From the IMG/VR virus record IMGVR_UViG_3300032167_002916: a DNA stretch of 60,460 bases; one strand, written 5' to 3'. The translations under genes were made by a program, and so were the position numbers. The notes under the pieces are model-generated. The model did not search any database. It saw only the letters and a list, made by a program, of their open reading frames with translations, and was not told where the DNA came from. This document shows positions 26,285 to 35,847 of the stretch, piece by piece. Source of the stretch: a virus. Lineage: Duplodnaviria; Heunggongvirae; Uroviricota; Caudoviricetes. Each line of letters begins with the position of its first letter. The stretch's first letter is position 1.

Positions 26285-26908
26285 ATGGAATTCATACTGC
26301 TTATTATTGTTCTAATCGTTGTAGGGTGTAGTAAGGTACGCACAGATACTGCAATTTCTGAGATTGATAAGGGTGTGAAACAAAGGAACGTAGATCGAAA
26401 ATCTTGGGTCAACAATGTTTTCGATGATTTCATGGGCTCTGACATAAAGCATTTTATTAAACAAGAAGAAAACGCTGAAGTTGTGGAAGGCTTGATTGAA
26501 GAATTGTCCAAGATCGCTCCTGAATTAAGGCAAAACGATATCATTCTATATGAAGAACAGTTGGGAGATTCTTTTACCAAGAAAGAAAAATGCATAATTA
26601 TTGACAATAATGCTTGTTTTTTAACACCATTCTTTATGGCAAAAAAGGGTAAAGTAAATGACTATTTTGGAGTCACGTTTCCCCAACAGTTGGTAATCAA
26701 TGAAGGAACATCATGGGAGCTAAAAAGGTCAAATGAGGCGCCGTGGGGATTATCTCAAAAAAGTATATTCAATTTGAATAGATGGCTCGAAAGGACGCTA
26801 AGAGCTAATGGTGTTCCAAATGCCCGAATTGTTCGTGCAGATACTTTTGTAGGAAAACAATTTTGTTGGGAGGCTGCATCTCAACATAGTGGTGAACGAT
26901 TATGGTAA
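26285..26908 (+). CDS. Putative lipoprotein / membrane-anchored protein
   Basis: Hydrophobic N-terminus ending in lipobox-like VVG-C15. Confidence 0.55.
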   Translation: MEFILLIIVLIVVGCSKVRTDTAISEIDKGVKQRNVDRKSWVNNVFDDFMGSDIKHFIKQEENAEVVEGLIEELSKIAPELRQNDIILYEEQLGDSFTKKEKCIIIDNNACFLTPFFMAKKGKVNDYFGVTFPQQLVINEGTSWELKRSNEAPWGLSQKSIFNLNRWLERTLRANGVPNARIVRADTFVGKQFCWEAASQHSGERLW

Positions 26909-26917
26909 GGTAATATT

Positions 26918-26944
26918 AGAACCTGCTTCGGCAGGTTCTTTTTT
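26918..26944 (+). terminator. Intrinsic terminator
   Basis: AGAACCTGC-TTCG-GCAGGTTCT perfect 9-bp stem, cUUCGg loop, T run. Confidence 0.9.
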
Positions 26945-27001
26945 ATTGGTAAGTCAAACTAATTAAATAATTTACAATATGAATCAAAGGAGACGATTGT
27001 T

Positions 27002-27268
27002 ATGTGGAAGAAAACACCCCAACCCAGTATTTTGGAACAAAAGGAGGCAGAGCTTGTTGCGCTGAATGTTCAGTCCGCCTCTGCAATTCAGCTCGTCCAG
27101 AATACTATTGATGGACTGAGTGAGACGAATGCTCAGATCCAAGCAAAGATTGAAGAGATTGACGCAATTCAAAAGCGGTTTTCCGATGCTCGTGGTGGCT
27201 TGGAAGCTACCTACAACAAGAATCAGAGAATCATGCAGAACTTTAAGACGATGCTTTGCGTCGAGTAA
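27002..27268 (+). CDS. Coiled-coil hypothetical protein
   Basis: SD AAGGAG; heptad pattern. Confidence 0.65.
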   Translation: MWKKTPQPSILEQKEAELVALNVQSASAIQLVQNTIDGLSETNAQIQAKIEEIDAIQKRFSDARGGLEATYNKNQRIMQNFKTMLCVE

Positions 27269-27284
27269 TACATAGGAGGTTCTG

Positions 27285-27989
27285 ATGGCTGAAAGATTAA
27301 ATATTTATCAGAAGCTTGCGAAAATTAGAAAGCAAGTAGAAGTTGTCCAGAAGAATAAGAGCGGATACGGCTATAAGTATGTAACCGACGACGAGCTGTT
27401 GGCAAAAATCACCGCCGGCATGGACAGATACGGCGTATCTTTGATCCCACATATCGTGCCGGCATCACTCGAAGTTCAACCTTATACATACAAGAAGACC
27501 AAGAGGGAAAAACAGAGAGACGGCACCTTCATGGTTTATGAGGAGAATGTAAATGAATTTATCGCCACTAGCGATATGGAATATATCTGGGTGAATAACG
27601 AGAAGCCAGAGGAAAGAGTTGTAGTCAGTTGGAGTATGGTCGGTCAGCAATCTGATGCTTCTCAGTGCCTGGGTTCTGGTCTGACATACTCTATGAGATA
27701 TTTCCTCCTGAAGTATTTTAATGTTGCAACTCCAGACGATGATCCTGATGCATGGCGTAGTAAGCAAAAGGCAGCAGAAATTGCCGAAGACAAGGCGGTT
27801 GCAGAACAGATTATTGCCGTGCTTGATGCTGAGATTAAAAGCTTCCTCGCAGACAATCCTAAGAAGGCAAGCGATGTGAAGACTCTAGTTTCTAAGTATA
27901 CCAAGAATGGTAATTATTTTGCGATTACTGAGTCTGCTATGGCAGCTAAGCTGCTCGATGATTTCAAAGCAAATTTCAATAAGGAGTGA
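27285..27989 (+). CDS. ERF-family single-strand annealing protein
   Basis: IYQKLAKI, GYGYKY, Q..GSGLTY..RY.LL..F...T.DDDPD. Confidence 0.85.
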   Translation: MAERLNIYQKLAKIRKQVEVVQKNKSGYGYKYVTDDELLAKITAGMDRYGVSLIPHIVPASLEVQPYTYKKTKREKQRDGTFMVYEENVNEFIATSDMEYIWVNNEKPEERVVVSWSMVGQQSDASQCLGSGLTYSMRYFLLKYFNVATPDDDPDAWRSKQKAAEIAEDKAVAEQIIAVLDAEIKSFLADNPKKASDVKTLVSKYTKNGNYFAITESAMAAKLLDDFKANFNKE

Positions 27990-27995
27990 TGCGTA

Positions 27996-28370
27996 ATGGG
28001 ATTCAGAACAGGTGCGTATGCAATGGTGTGGTCTGTCGAGCCTAAAACAGACACATGGACAAAGGCAAGAATTTCTACTAGCCGAAAGAATAAAGAAACT
28101 GACGAATACGAACAGGATTTCAGCGGGTTCGTTGATTTTTCTGGCACAGCGAGCGCAAAGAAGGCCGCTGCACTGAAGCCAGAGACTAGAATTAAGCTCG
28201 GCGATGTGGATGTAACGAATAAGTATGATGCTAAAGCCGGTGTTACATACACAAACTATAAAGTTTGGTCATTCGAAACTGTTGGTAAGGCAGCCCCAGC
28301 AAATGATGTTGCAGAGCCACAGCCTGCGGTCGACAGCGGAGAAATTGATGATGCAAGACTACCTTTCTAA
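27996..28370 (+). CDS. ssb: Single-stranded DNA-binding protein
   Basis: OB-fold-like body, acidic tail ending DDARLPF, replisome context. Confidence 0.75.
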   Translation: MGFRTGAYAMVWSVEPKTDTWTKARISTSRKNKETDEYEQDFSGFVDFSGTASAKKAAALKPETRIKLGDVDVTNKYDAKAGVTYTNYKVWSFETVGKAAPANDVAEPQPAVDSGEIDDARLPF

Positions 28371-28382
28371 GAAGGTGAATAA

Positions 28383-29183
28383 ATGGGTGAGGTAAATTAC
28401 GCTCCACTCATTGACGACATGAGATGGAGCCACTCAAGAATAGAGGCATATGAGTCGTGTCCATACCGTTGGTATTTGCAGTATATCCGCAAATGCAAAG
28501 ATAAGGAAAATTTTTATGCTTCGTATGGCTCTTTCATGCACCGACTTATTGAAGGGTATTACAACGGTGAGCTCACAAAAGCAGAAATGCTTACTACTTT
28601 TTTGAAGGATTTTCAAAAAGAAGTAAAAGGGGTTCGCCCAAAAGAATCTACGCTAAAAAAGTACATCGATGGTGGAGTTGAATACTTAAAATCTTTTGAA
28701 CCATTCCCATATAAAATGGTTGCCGTTGAAAAAGAGGTGTCCTTTACAATCGGAGGGAAGGAGTTCAAAGGTTTTATTGACTTCGAAGGCATAGATGAAT
28801 CAGATGGCGAGATTGTGATTGGAGATAATAAATCCAGGGATTTGAGGCCAAGAAGTGGCAGAGAGAAACCGACTAAAAAAGATGAGGAGCTGGACGAGGT
28901 TTTTCGCCAGCTCTATCTTTATTCTGTTGCAATCGAGCAAGAGTATGGAAAGCTGCCAAAGGGACTATTTTTGAACTGTTTTAGAACCGGTGTCTTTATT
29001 TATGAACCGTTCGATATGGAGGCTTATGAAGCTGCTAAACAATGGGCGCTCGATCGCATTTCAAAGATCCGAGAAGATAGTGATTTTGAACCAGTTCTAA
29101 ACCCGTTTGCATGTTTTTGGATTTGCGGTGTTAGCGACAGCTGCATTTATTATCTAGAAGACAAGAAAAGTAAACGGAGGTGA
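28383..29183 (+). CDS. PD-(D/E)XK exonuclease (AddB/Cas4-like)
   Basis: SHSRIEAYESCP, GFID, DNKS, QL.LY, C..C C-terminal cluster. Confidence 0.85.
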   Translation: MGEVNYAPLIDDMRWSHSRIEAYESCPYRWYLQYIRKCKDKENFYASYGSFMHRLIEGYYNGELTKAEMLTTFLKDFQKEVKGVRPKESTLKKYIDGGVEYLKSFEPFPYKMVAVEKEVSFTIGGKEFKGFIDFEGIDESDGEIVIGDNKSRDLRPRSGREKPTKKDEELDEVFRQLYLYSVAIEQEYGKLPKGLFLNCFRTGVFIYEPFDMEAYEAAKQWALDRISKIREDSDFEPVLNPFACFWICGVSDSCIYYLEDKKSKRR

Positions 29184-29187
29184 GAAA

Positions 29188-30516
29188 TTGAGAGCAGATG
29201 ATATTTGTAGTATCGACAGTGAAGCTGGAATTATAGCTTCATTGATACATAATCCAGAGCTTTCTTTCTATTCAGAACACTTACTTCCAAACCATTTTAC
29301 GAATAAGGACAATCGTTGTGTCTATACGGCAATTTGTAATTTGGTTGCGCAAGGTATTACTACGGTCGATCCGTACAACATCATAGAATGTTTGAAATCA
29401 TCAGAGGCGACGAGATCATATGCTGATGATTTATCAATTGATAAACTCAATGAACTTATGGATATGAGCGATGTCCTAGTTCGCAAGAGTGTCGAAGAAT
29501 ACAAAATGCTTGTTGCAAATGTAATGGATGCAGCTTTTCGTAGAGACACATTCCAAAAGCTAAAAGACTGCCAGGCGCTTTGCTACAACAGGTCTGAGAA
29601 GAATATTGAGCAGAAGATCTATGATGTGATTGATGAGGTAATGACCGAGTTTTCATCAGCTAATGAGATTCCGGCATATGCGGAAATCATTGACGATTGC
29701 TGGGAGGAAATACAGTCGAGACAGGGAGCAGGATACGCCGGAGTCCCATTTAAGTTTCCGACCCTCAATGAATATGTCACAATCGAAAAAGGAGAGTTGG
29801 TCGTGTTTGCAGCTGAGGCAAAGCAAGGAAAGAGTATGTTTCTTCTGAATTGTGCTATTGACTTGCTAAAGCAGGACTTGGCAGTTTTGTATTTAGACAG
29901 TGAGTTAAATACAAGAATGTTTACTGCGAGAGTGCTCTCTCATCTATCTGGCGTTGAATATAAACGGTTAACATCTGGTGCTTATTCGGAAGAAGAAGCA
30001 GAGAGAATTGAACAGGCAAAAGAGTGGATGAAGACTAGGAAGTTCACACACATCTATATCCCGATGTTTGACCAGCAGAGCATCTATACGGCAATTAAAA
30101 AGGTAAGTCATACCCAGGGTATTGACGTCTTAGTCGTTGATTATTTCAAAGGTAAGGGTGATGGCGATGCCTTTGACTCATACCAGGAGCTTGGTAGATT
30201 TGTCGATATGATTAAGAATCAGGTTTGTGGTGATATGGGTATCGCAGGAATCGGTGCGGCGCAGGCTACAGCAGCAGGAAAGGTTGCAGACTCAGCGAAG
30301 ATTGGTCGAAATGCGAGCACAATCGCACTTATTCAGGACAAGACTCCTGAAGAAGTTGAAGCCGACGGTGTCGAGTGTGGAAACAAAAAGCTGAGAGTGA
30401 TTTTGAACCGAAATGGTATGCAGCATGCCCAAGGAGAATACATAGATCTACAGTTTAACGGAAACTTGGTTTCTTATGAAGAGGCTAAGCAACACATTCC
30501 TCAGAGCCCATATTAA
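29188..30516 (+). CDS. dnaB: Replicative DNA helicase (DnaB-like)
   Basis: AAEAKQGKS Walker A, YLDSEL, LVVDY, AAQ, NRNG. Confidence 0.9.
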   Translation: MRADDICSIDSEAGIIASLIHNPELSFYSEHLLPNHFTNKDNRCVYTAICNLVAQGITTVDPYNIIECLKSSEATRSYADDLSIDKLNELMDMSDVLVRKSVEEYKMLVANVMDAAFRRDTFQKLKDCQALCYNRSEKNIEQKIYDVIDEVMTEFSSANEIPAYAEIIDDCWEEIQSRQGAGYAGVPFKFPTLNEYVTIEKGELVVFAAEAKQGKSMFLLNCAIDLLKQDLAVLYLDSELNTRMFTARVLSHLSGVEYKRLTSGAYSEEEAERIEQAKEWMKTRKFTHIYIPMFDQQSIYTAIKKVSHTQGIDVLVVDYFKGKGDGDAFDSYQELGRFVDMIKNQVCGDMGIAGIGAAQATAAGKVADSAKIGRNASTIALIQDKTPEEVEADGVECGNKKLRVILNRNGMQHAQGEYIDLQFNGNLVSYEEAKQHIPQSPY

Positions 30517-30540
30517 ATGATTTACGAAAGAGGTGATGGC

Positions 30541-31524
30541 GTGGAGCTGAAAGACCTTATAGAAGCGATTGATATCGTGGAGTACATATCACAATATGTA
30601 GACTTAGAAGAGCGAAATGAAGAGTTTTGGGGACTTTCCCCATTTAAGGAGGAGCGAACGCCATCATTCTCTGTCAGAAGAGAGCCGGCTGTTTTTTACG
30701 ATTACAGTTCAGGTATTGGTGGAAATGTTTTTACATTCGTCCGACATTATCACAATCTGAATGCAGAAGAAGCGATTGAAGCTTTGAAAAAGTATGCAGG
30801 GTGCGAAGGTGAGGCTTTGGCACCAAGAGAGAAAATGTCAGCAACAATGGTATGCAAGAAATTCCGTAAAACAAAACAGCGTTCCAAACAATCAAATGGT
30901 GTAGTTTTACCAGATAATTATATGGAACGATATGAAAAGCGTGAAGATAAATTATTAACTTGGCGCAACGAAGGAATTTCGGCGGAGTCCTTGAAAAGAT
31001 TTCAGGTTTTTTATGATAGTTTTTCTGATCGGTTGGTATATCCGATTAGAAATATGGAAGGAAAAATCGTGAATATCGGCGGCAGAACATTAGATCCGCA
31101 ATGGAAAGAGAAAGATCTGAGAAAGTACAATTACTTTTTCTCCTGGGGAACGATGAATACAATCTATGGATTAGCGGAAAATATGGAGGAAATCCTGAGA
31201 AAACGAGAAGTAATCTTGTTTGAGGGATGTAAAAGTGTTTTGATCGCAGATACATGGGGAATAAAAAACACTGGTGCGATTTTGACTTCGCACCTCAATC
31301 CAAATCAAATGAAAATATTGGCACGGCTGGGTTGCCGTGCCGTTTTTGCATTAGATAAGGATGTAAAAATTCGAGACGATCACAATATCAAAAAATTAAA
31401 AGATTATGTGAACGTTGAATATATATGGGATCGCGATGGGCTTCTTGATGAAAAAGACAGCCCTGTAGACAAAGGGAAAGAAGTGTTCAAAGAATTATAC
31501 ACAGGGAGGTTGCGTTATAGATAA
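30541..31524 (+). CDS. dnaG: DNA primase (zinc-binding domain plus TOPRIM)
   Basis: LSPFKEERTPSF, ILFEGCKS, FALDKD, KDSPVD; SD GAGGTG supports GTG 30541. Confidence 0.88.
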   Translation: MELKDLIEAIDIVEYISQYVDLEERNEEFWGLSPFKEERTPSFSVRREPAVFYDYSSGIGGNVFTFVRHYHNLNAEEAIEALKKYAGCEGEALAPREKMSATMVCKKFRKTKQRSKQSNGVVLPDNYMERYEKREDKLLTWRNEGISAESLKRFQVFYDSFSDRLVYPIRNMEGKIVNIGGRTLDPQWKEKDLRKYNYFFSWGTMNTIYGLAENMEEILRKREVILFEGCKSVLIADTWGIKNTGAILTSHLNPNQMKILARLGCRAVFALDKDVKIRDDHNIKKLKDYVNVEYIWDRDGLLDEKDSPVDKGKEVFKELYTGRLRYR

Positions 31525-34500
31525 AAACTATGTGTGCTATCACCTGCACAGTGACTTATCAAACGGAGTTACAAACGTAGATTCTGTCACAAAATATGGT
31601 GAATACATAGAACGTGCCAAAGAGTGTGGCATGAAAGCCCTTGCATTCAGTGAACATGGATCAGTTTTTGAATGGTATCACAAAAAGACTGCGATTGAAA
31701 ATGCGGGAATGAAATATATTCATGCAGCCGAGTTTTATCTCACAGAAACTTTGCAGGAAAAAGTGAGAGATAACTATCACTGTGTTTTGATCGCAAAGAA
31801 TTATGATGGTTTCTTGGAATTGAATAGGTTGTCATCACAATCATTTAATAGAAAGGATAACCACTTTTACTACACACCAAGAATTTCTTTTGATGAGTTG
31901 TTCTCTACGTCTGACAATATAATTGTAACAACTGCATGTGTTGGCGGCGTTCTTGGCAAAGGCCAAGGCTCTACGAAAGAACGTTTTATTTCGTTCCTAT
32001 GTAAAAATAAACACAGGTGTTTTTTAGAGATTGGACACCATATGGACGACAAACAGTTGTTGTACAATAAAAGTTTATATGAGTTACATCGGACCACGGG
32101 CATTCCGCTTATTGCAGGTACAGATACTCATGCTTTGAATGAAGAGCATGAATTAGGAAGAACAATTCTTCAAAGAGCCAAGAACGTTGTTTTTGATGGG
32201 GAAGACAAATGGGATCTCAAATTCAAAACGTATGATGAACTTGTGATTGCATATCGTAAACAACGATCGCTGCCAGAGCAGGTGTATATGGAGGCCATCG
32301 AAAACACAAACCGAATGGCTGAAATGGTTGAGAGTTTTGCTTTAGATAAGGGAACAAAATACCCTCACATTTACGACAACCCAGAGCAAGTTTTCTATGA
32401 CAAAATTCAAACTGCAATTGTTCAACACCCCTATGCTGCAAAAAGACACGGCGTTGAAAAACTAAAGCAAGTGGTTGATGAAGAATTTGAAGTATATAAG
32501 GCTACTCAGTCAATTGACTTTATGCTACTTCAAAGTTATCTGCGTGAATGGGAAAAAGAGCATGGAATCCAATGTGGATACGGAAGAGGCTCAGTCTCTG
32601 GAAGTATGATAGCTTATTTGTTGGGCATCACTCAGATGGATAGCCTACGATTCGGTTTGAACTTCTTCAGATTTATGAATCCCTCTAGAGTTACAAACGC
32701 GGATATCGATACTGACTATTCAAACAAGGATAGAGGAACAGTAAAACAATTCCTCCTAAAAGACAGAATGGGAATTCCGACAATCCGGTCTGCAGAAATT
32801 ATAACATTCAACACAATTGCACTGAAAGGTGCTATTCGTGATGTTTGTAGGTCGTTATATAAAGATGACCCAACGGTAAATTACATACAACTGTCCCGTG
32901 AAATTGCAGATAATGTTGAAGCTCGTGAAGAAGAAATGCGGAAGAAGTATCCGCAGGTTTTCAAATATGTTGATATTGTAAACGGTACGATTGTATCGAT
33001 CGGTACACACCCGAGTGGTGTTTTGATAAGCGATCTAGAGATTGCAGAAACAGTTGGTTTATGCAGTACGTCTACGTCAGATTATCCAATCTCAATGATT
33101 AACATGAAAGAGCTCGACGAATTGATGTACGTCAAGCTCGATATTCTTGGGTTGGATAATATTGGTGTCATTAACGACACCTGTAAAAAACTAGGTATCG
33201 AACGATTAACTCCAGACAATACAGATATGGATGATATGGATGTTTGGAGAAGCATTCGAGATGATACAACCTTAATATTCCAATGGGAAAGCAATTCGGC
33301 TCAGGCGTATATGCGGAAGTTCATGTCAGATTCGACTCTAAGCATTGCACAGTCAAAGATACCTAATTTTTCAATGCTAAAATGGATGTCATTTGGTAAT
33401 GGCTTGTTAAGACCCGCTTGTGCCAGCTTCCGAGATAGTGTTGCAAAAGGTGAGTTCTACGATAATGGTTTCGACGCATTAAATGAGTTCCTCGCTCCAG
33501 AGGCGGGACGAATTGCCATGCAGGAAACGATTATGCAGTTCTTAGTCAAATTCTGTGGATATAATTCTGCAGAATCCGATAATGTGCGTAGAGCAATTGC
33601 AAAGAAAAAGGGTACTGAGACCTTGCTTCCTGAAATTGAAGAACGATTTATTGCATATTGTTCAGAACAATATGATATGACAACTGAACAATGTTTGGAT
33701 ATTATCAAGCCGTTCTTGCAGATCATTTTGGATGCATCAGCATACGGCTTCTCATGGAATCATTCTGATAGCTATAGTTCCATCGGATACATATGTGGAT
33801 ATCTCAGACATTATTATCCGCTTGAATTCCTAACGTCTGCATTAAATATTTTCGGAGATAACCTTGATAAGACAGCCGAAATTACATCATACGCAAAAAA
33901 GCGTGGTATACAGGTAACTATGCCCAAATGGGGATTGTCCAGGAACAAGTACTTCTTTGACAGAGATCGTGGGATTATTGCCAAGGGATTAACATCTATC
34001 AAGTACATGAGCGAAAATTTAGCAAATGAAATGTACGTTTTATCGCAACAGAAAAAGTATACAAGGTTTGTTGAATTACTCAAAGACCTAGACCAAGAAA
34101 CTTGTATCAATACACGCCAGCTTGACATTCTAATCAAGCTGGATTTTTTCTCGGATTTTGGTAATCAAAGAGAACTGCTGCGCATCGTAGACCTGTTTTA
34201 TGAAACGTTCAAAAAAGGACAAGCTAAACAGATTAAGAAGTCTATGGTAGACGGTACTCCAATGGAGGAGATTGTTAAGAGATACTCTGTCGGCGTTACG
34301 AAATCAGGCGGTGTGGCGAAAAACTATACACTCCTCGATGTTTTCTCCATTCTTAAAGAGGTGGAGGATGCTATTAAAGCTGTTGGAATGCCTGATTTGA
34401 ATGACATAGATAAAGTGAGAAACTTCTATGACGTCATGGGCTATATCGGATATACCTCTGGTAAGCAGGAAGATAGACGAAAACTATATGTGATGGATGT

Positions 34501-34708
34501 CTTCCCTGTACTCCGAAAGAAAGACGGAAAACAGTTTGGATATTCAATCATCACCAAGTCGATTGGAAGCGGCAAGGAAAGTAGATTCACGGTGTTTAAC
34601 GCCTTGTACAAACAAGACCCAATTAGAAAGGGCGACATTATACTTTGTAAGAGTTTTGAGAGAGACGGCCAGTATTTTCAACTCACCAGTTATGACAAAG
34701 TATTCTAA
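31517..34708 (+). CDS. dnaE: DNA polymerase III alpha subunit
   Basis: PHP YHLHSD, GRGSVSGS, DIDTD, GTHPSG, KLDILGL; start placed at ATA 31517 (SD GGGAGGT 6 nt upstream). Confidence 0.95.
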   Translation: MDKNYVCYHLHSDLSNGVTNVDSVTKYGEYIERAKECGMKALAFSEHGSVFEWYHKKTAIENAGMKYIHAAEFYLTETLQEKVRDNYHCVLIAKNYDGFLELNRLSSQSFNRKDNHFYYTPRISFDELFSTSDNIIVTTACVGGVLGKGQGSTKERFISFLCKNKHRCFLEIGHHMDDKQLLYNKSLYELHRTTGIPLIAGTDTHALNEEHELGRTILQRAKNVVFDGEDKWDLKFKTYDELVIAYRKQRSLPEQVYMEAIENTNRMAEMVESFALDKGTKYPHIYDNPEQVFYDKIQTAIVQHPYAAKRHGVEKLKQVVDEEFEVYKATQSIDFMLLQSYLREWEKEHGIQCGYGRGSVSGSMIAYLLGITQMDSLRFGLNFFRFMNPSRVTNADIDTDYSNKDRGTVKQFLLKDRMGIPTIRSAEIITFNTIALKGAIRDVCRSLYKDDPTVNYIQLSREIADNVEAREEEMRKKYPQVFKYVDIVNGTIVSIGTHPSGVLISDLEIAETVGLCSTSTSDYPISMINMKELDELMYVKLDILGLDNIGVINDTCKKLGIERLTPDNTDMDDMDVWRSIRDDTTLIFQWESNSAQAYMRKFMSDSTLSIAQSKIPNFSMLKWMSFGNGLLRPACASFRDSVAKGEFYDNGFDALNEFLAPEAGRIAMQETIMQFLVKFCGYNSAESDNVRRAIAKKKGTETLLPEIEERFIAYCSEQYDMTTEQCLDIIKPFLQIILDASAYGFSWNHSDSYSSIGYICGYLRHYYPLEFLTSALNIFGDNLDKTAEITSYAKKRGIQVTMPKWGLSRNKYFFDRDRGIIAKGLTSIKYMSENLANEMYVLSQQKKYTRFVELLKDLDQETCINTRQLDILIKLDFFSDFGNQRELLRIVDLFYETFKKGQAKQIKKSMVDGTPMEEIVKRYSVGVTKSGGVAKNYTLLDVFSILKEVEDAIKAVGMPDLNDIDKVRNFYDVMGYIGYTSGKQEDRRKLYVMDVFPVLRKKDGKQFGYSIITKSIGSGKESRFTVFNALYKQDPIRKGDIILCKSFERDGQYFQLTSYDKVF

Positions 34709-34719
34709 GAGGATAGAAA

Positions 34720-35172
34720 ATGAGAAAACTAACTGCCGATAATTTACAAGATATTTTACTCGCCTGTCACACAAGTGACTGTATGCAAATTGGAATTGCC
34801 TTTTCAACGCATGAAAGACTCCATGATTTTGCGATGGCGATGAGAAATGAAATAGATGGTGAAGGTGCTCCTTGCATGTTTTATGCCAGGGGCACCAAAC
34901 ATTTTAGGGACATTGATACGGTTTGGTTTGAAAGCGGAAGCAATATACGACTGTTTGATGTGGATGATCCGTGGGAAATGAGAGGTCGCAGATTTGACCT
35001 CGTGTTATACGACGATGACATCAAAGAAGAGCTGCTAGAAGCGCTGAAATATTGTGAGAGACCAAGCCACAATTACCTATTTAAGCGAATGCATCAGTAT
35101 GTTCCAGAGGACAAATTTGAGAACGAAGACACAAAAGCATTGGACGATTTTCTAAACGAATTTATTAAGTAA
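34720..35172 (+). CDS. Hypothetical protein with terminase-ATPase-like segment
   Basis: FESGSNIRL...RGRRFDLVLYDD; tail DTKALDDFLNEF. Confidence 0.55.
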   Translation: MRKLTADNLQDILLACHTSDCMQIGIAFSTHERLHDFAMAMRNEIDGEGAPCMFYARGTKHFRDIDTVWFESGSNIRLFDVDDPWEMRGRRFDLVLYDDDIKEELLEALKYCERPSHNYLFKRMHQYVPEDKFENEDTKALDDFLNEFIK

Positions 35173-35187
35173 TCGGAGGAATTACAT

Positions 35188-35847
35188 ATGAATATTATTG
35201 AACCCAGCTTTGAAGTACTGACAGAAATTGACAAGGACAAAATCCTAAAAACCGTGGAGAGAGTAGGCAGAACTTGTTATAAGAGCGAAGACAAAATTAC
35301 AGAAGGTTCTAGTGAAAAGTTTGTCACAGGAATCATCAATCGAGGACATGAAGCGGTAATTGAGCATTACAACATCACAGTGATTTTAACCAACGATCGT
35401 GGTGTTTCTCACGAAGAGGTGCGTCACCGTATCGCTTCTTATGCACAGGAGAGCACTAGATATTGTAATTACTCCGGTGATAAGTTCGGTAATGAAATTA
35501 CATATATTGACATTCGCGGCGGTATCGACCTTGATCCCAAGATGAAGAATCTGCCGGCAAATGTTGTAGAAGCAATTTATGATGAGTGGGTATATGCTTG
35601 CCTGGATGCTGAACGGCACTATCTCAAGATGATTGAACTTGGTGCGACTCCTCAGATTGCTCGTAGCGTTCTGAATAATTCTACCAAGACAGAGATTGCA
35701 ATTACTATGAATATGAGAGAGTGGCGTCATTTCTTCAAGCTGAGAACCTCTCCTGCTTCTCATCCTCAGATGAGGGAGATTGCAATTATGTTGCTGAATT
35801 GGTTTAAGGAGAATATTCCCGTCTTCTTTGATGATATCAATCCCTAA
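35188..35847 (+). CDS. thyX: Flavin-dependent thymidylate synthase
   Basis: RHRIASYAQESTRY signature, GHEAVIEH, HPQMR. Confidence 0.95.
   Translation: MNIIEPSFEVLTEIDKDKILKTVERVGRTCYKSEDKITEGSSEKFVTGIINRGHEAVIEHYNITVILTNDRGVSHEEVRHRIASYAQESTRYCNYSGDKFGNEITYIDIRGGIDLDPKMKNLPANVVEAIYDEWVYACLDAERHYLKMIELGATPQIARSVLNNSTKTEIAITMNMREWRHFFKLRTSPASHPQMREIAIMLLNWFKENIPVFFDDINP

Noticed and set aside
28383-29183. Cas4 of a CRISPR adaptation module
   Set aside because: It sits between ssb and dnaB in the replisome with no cas1/cas2 or array; this fits a phage recombination exonuclease.
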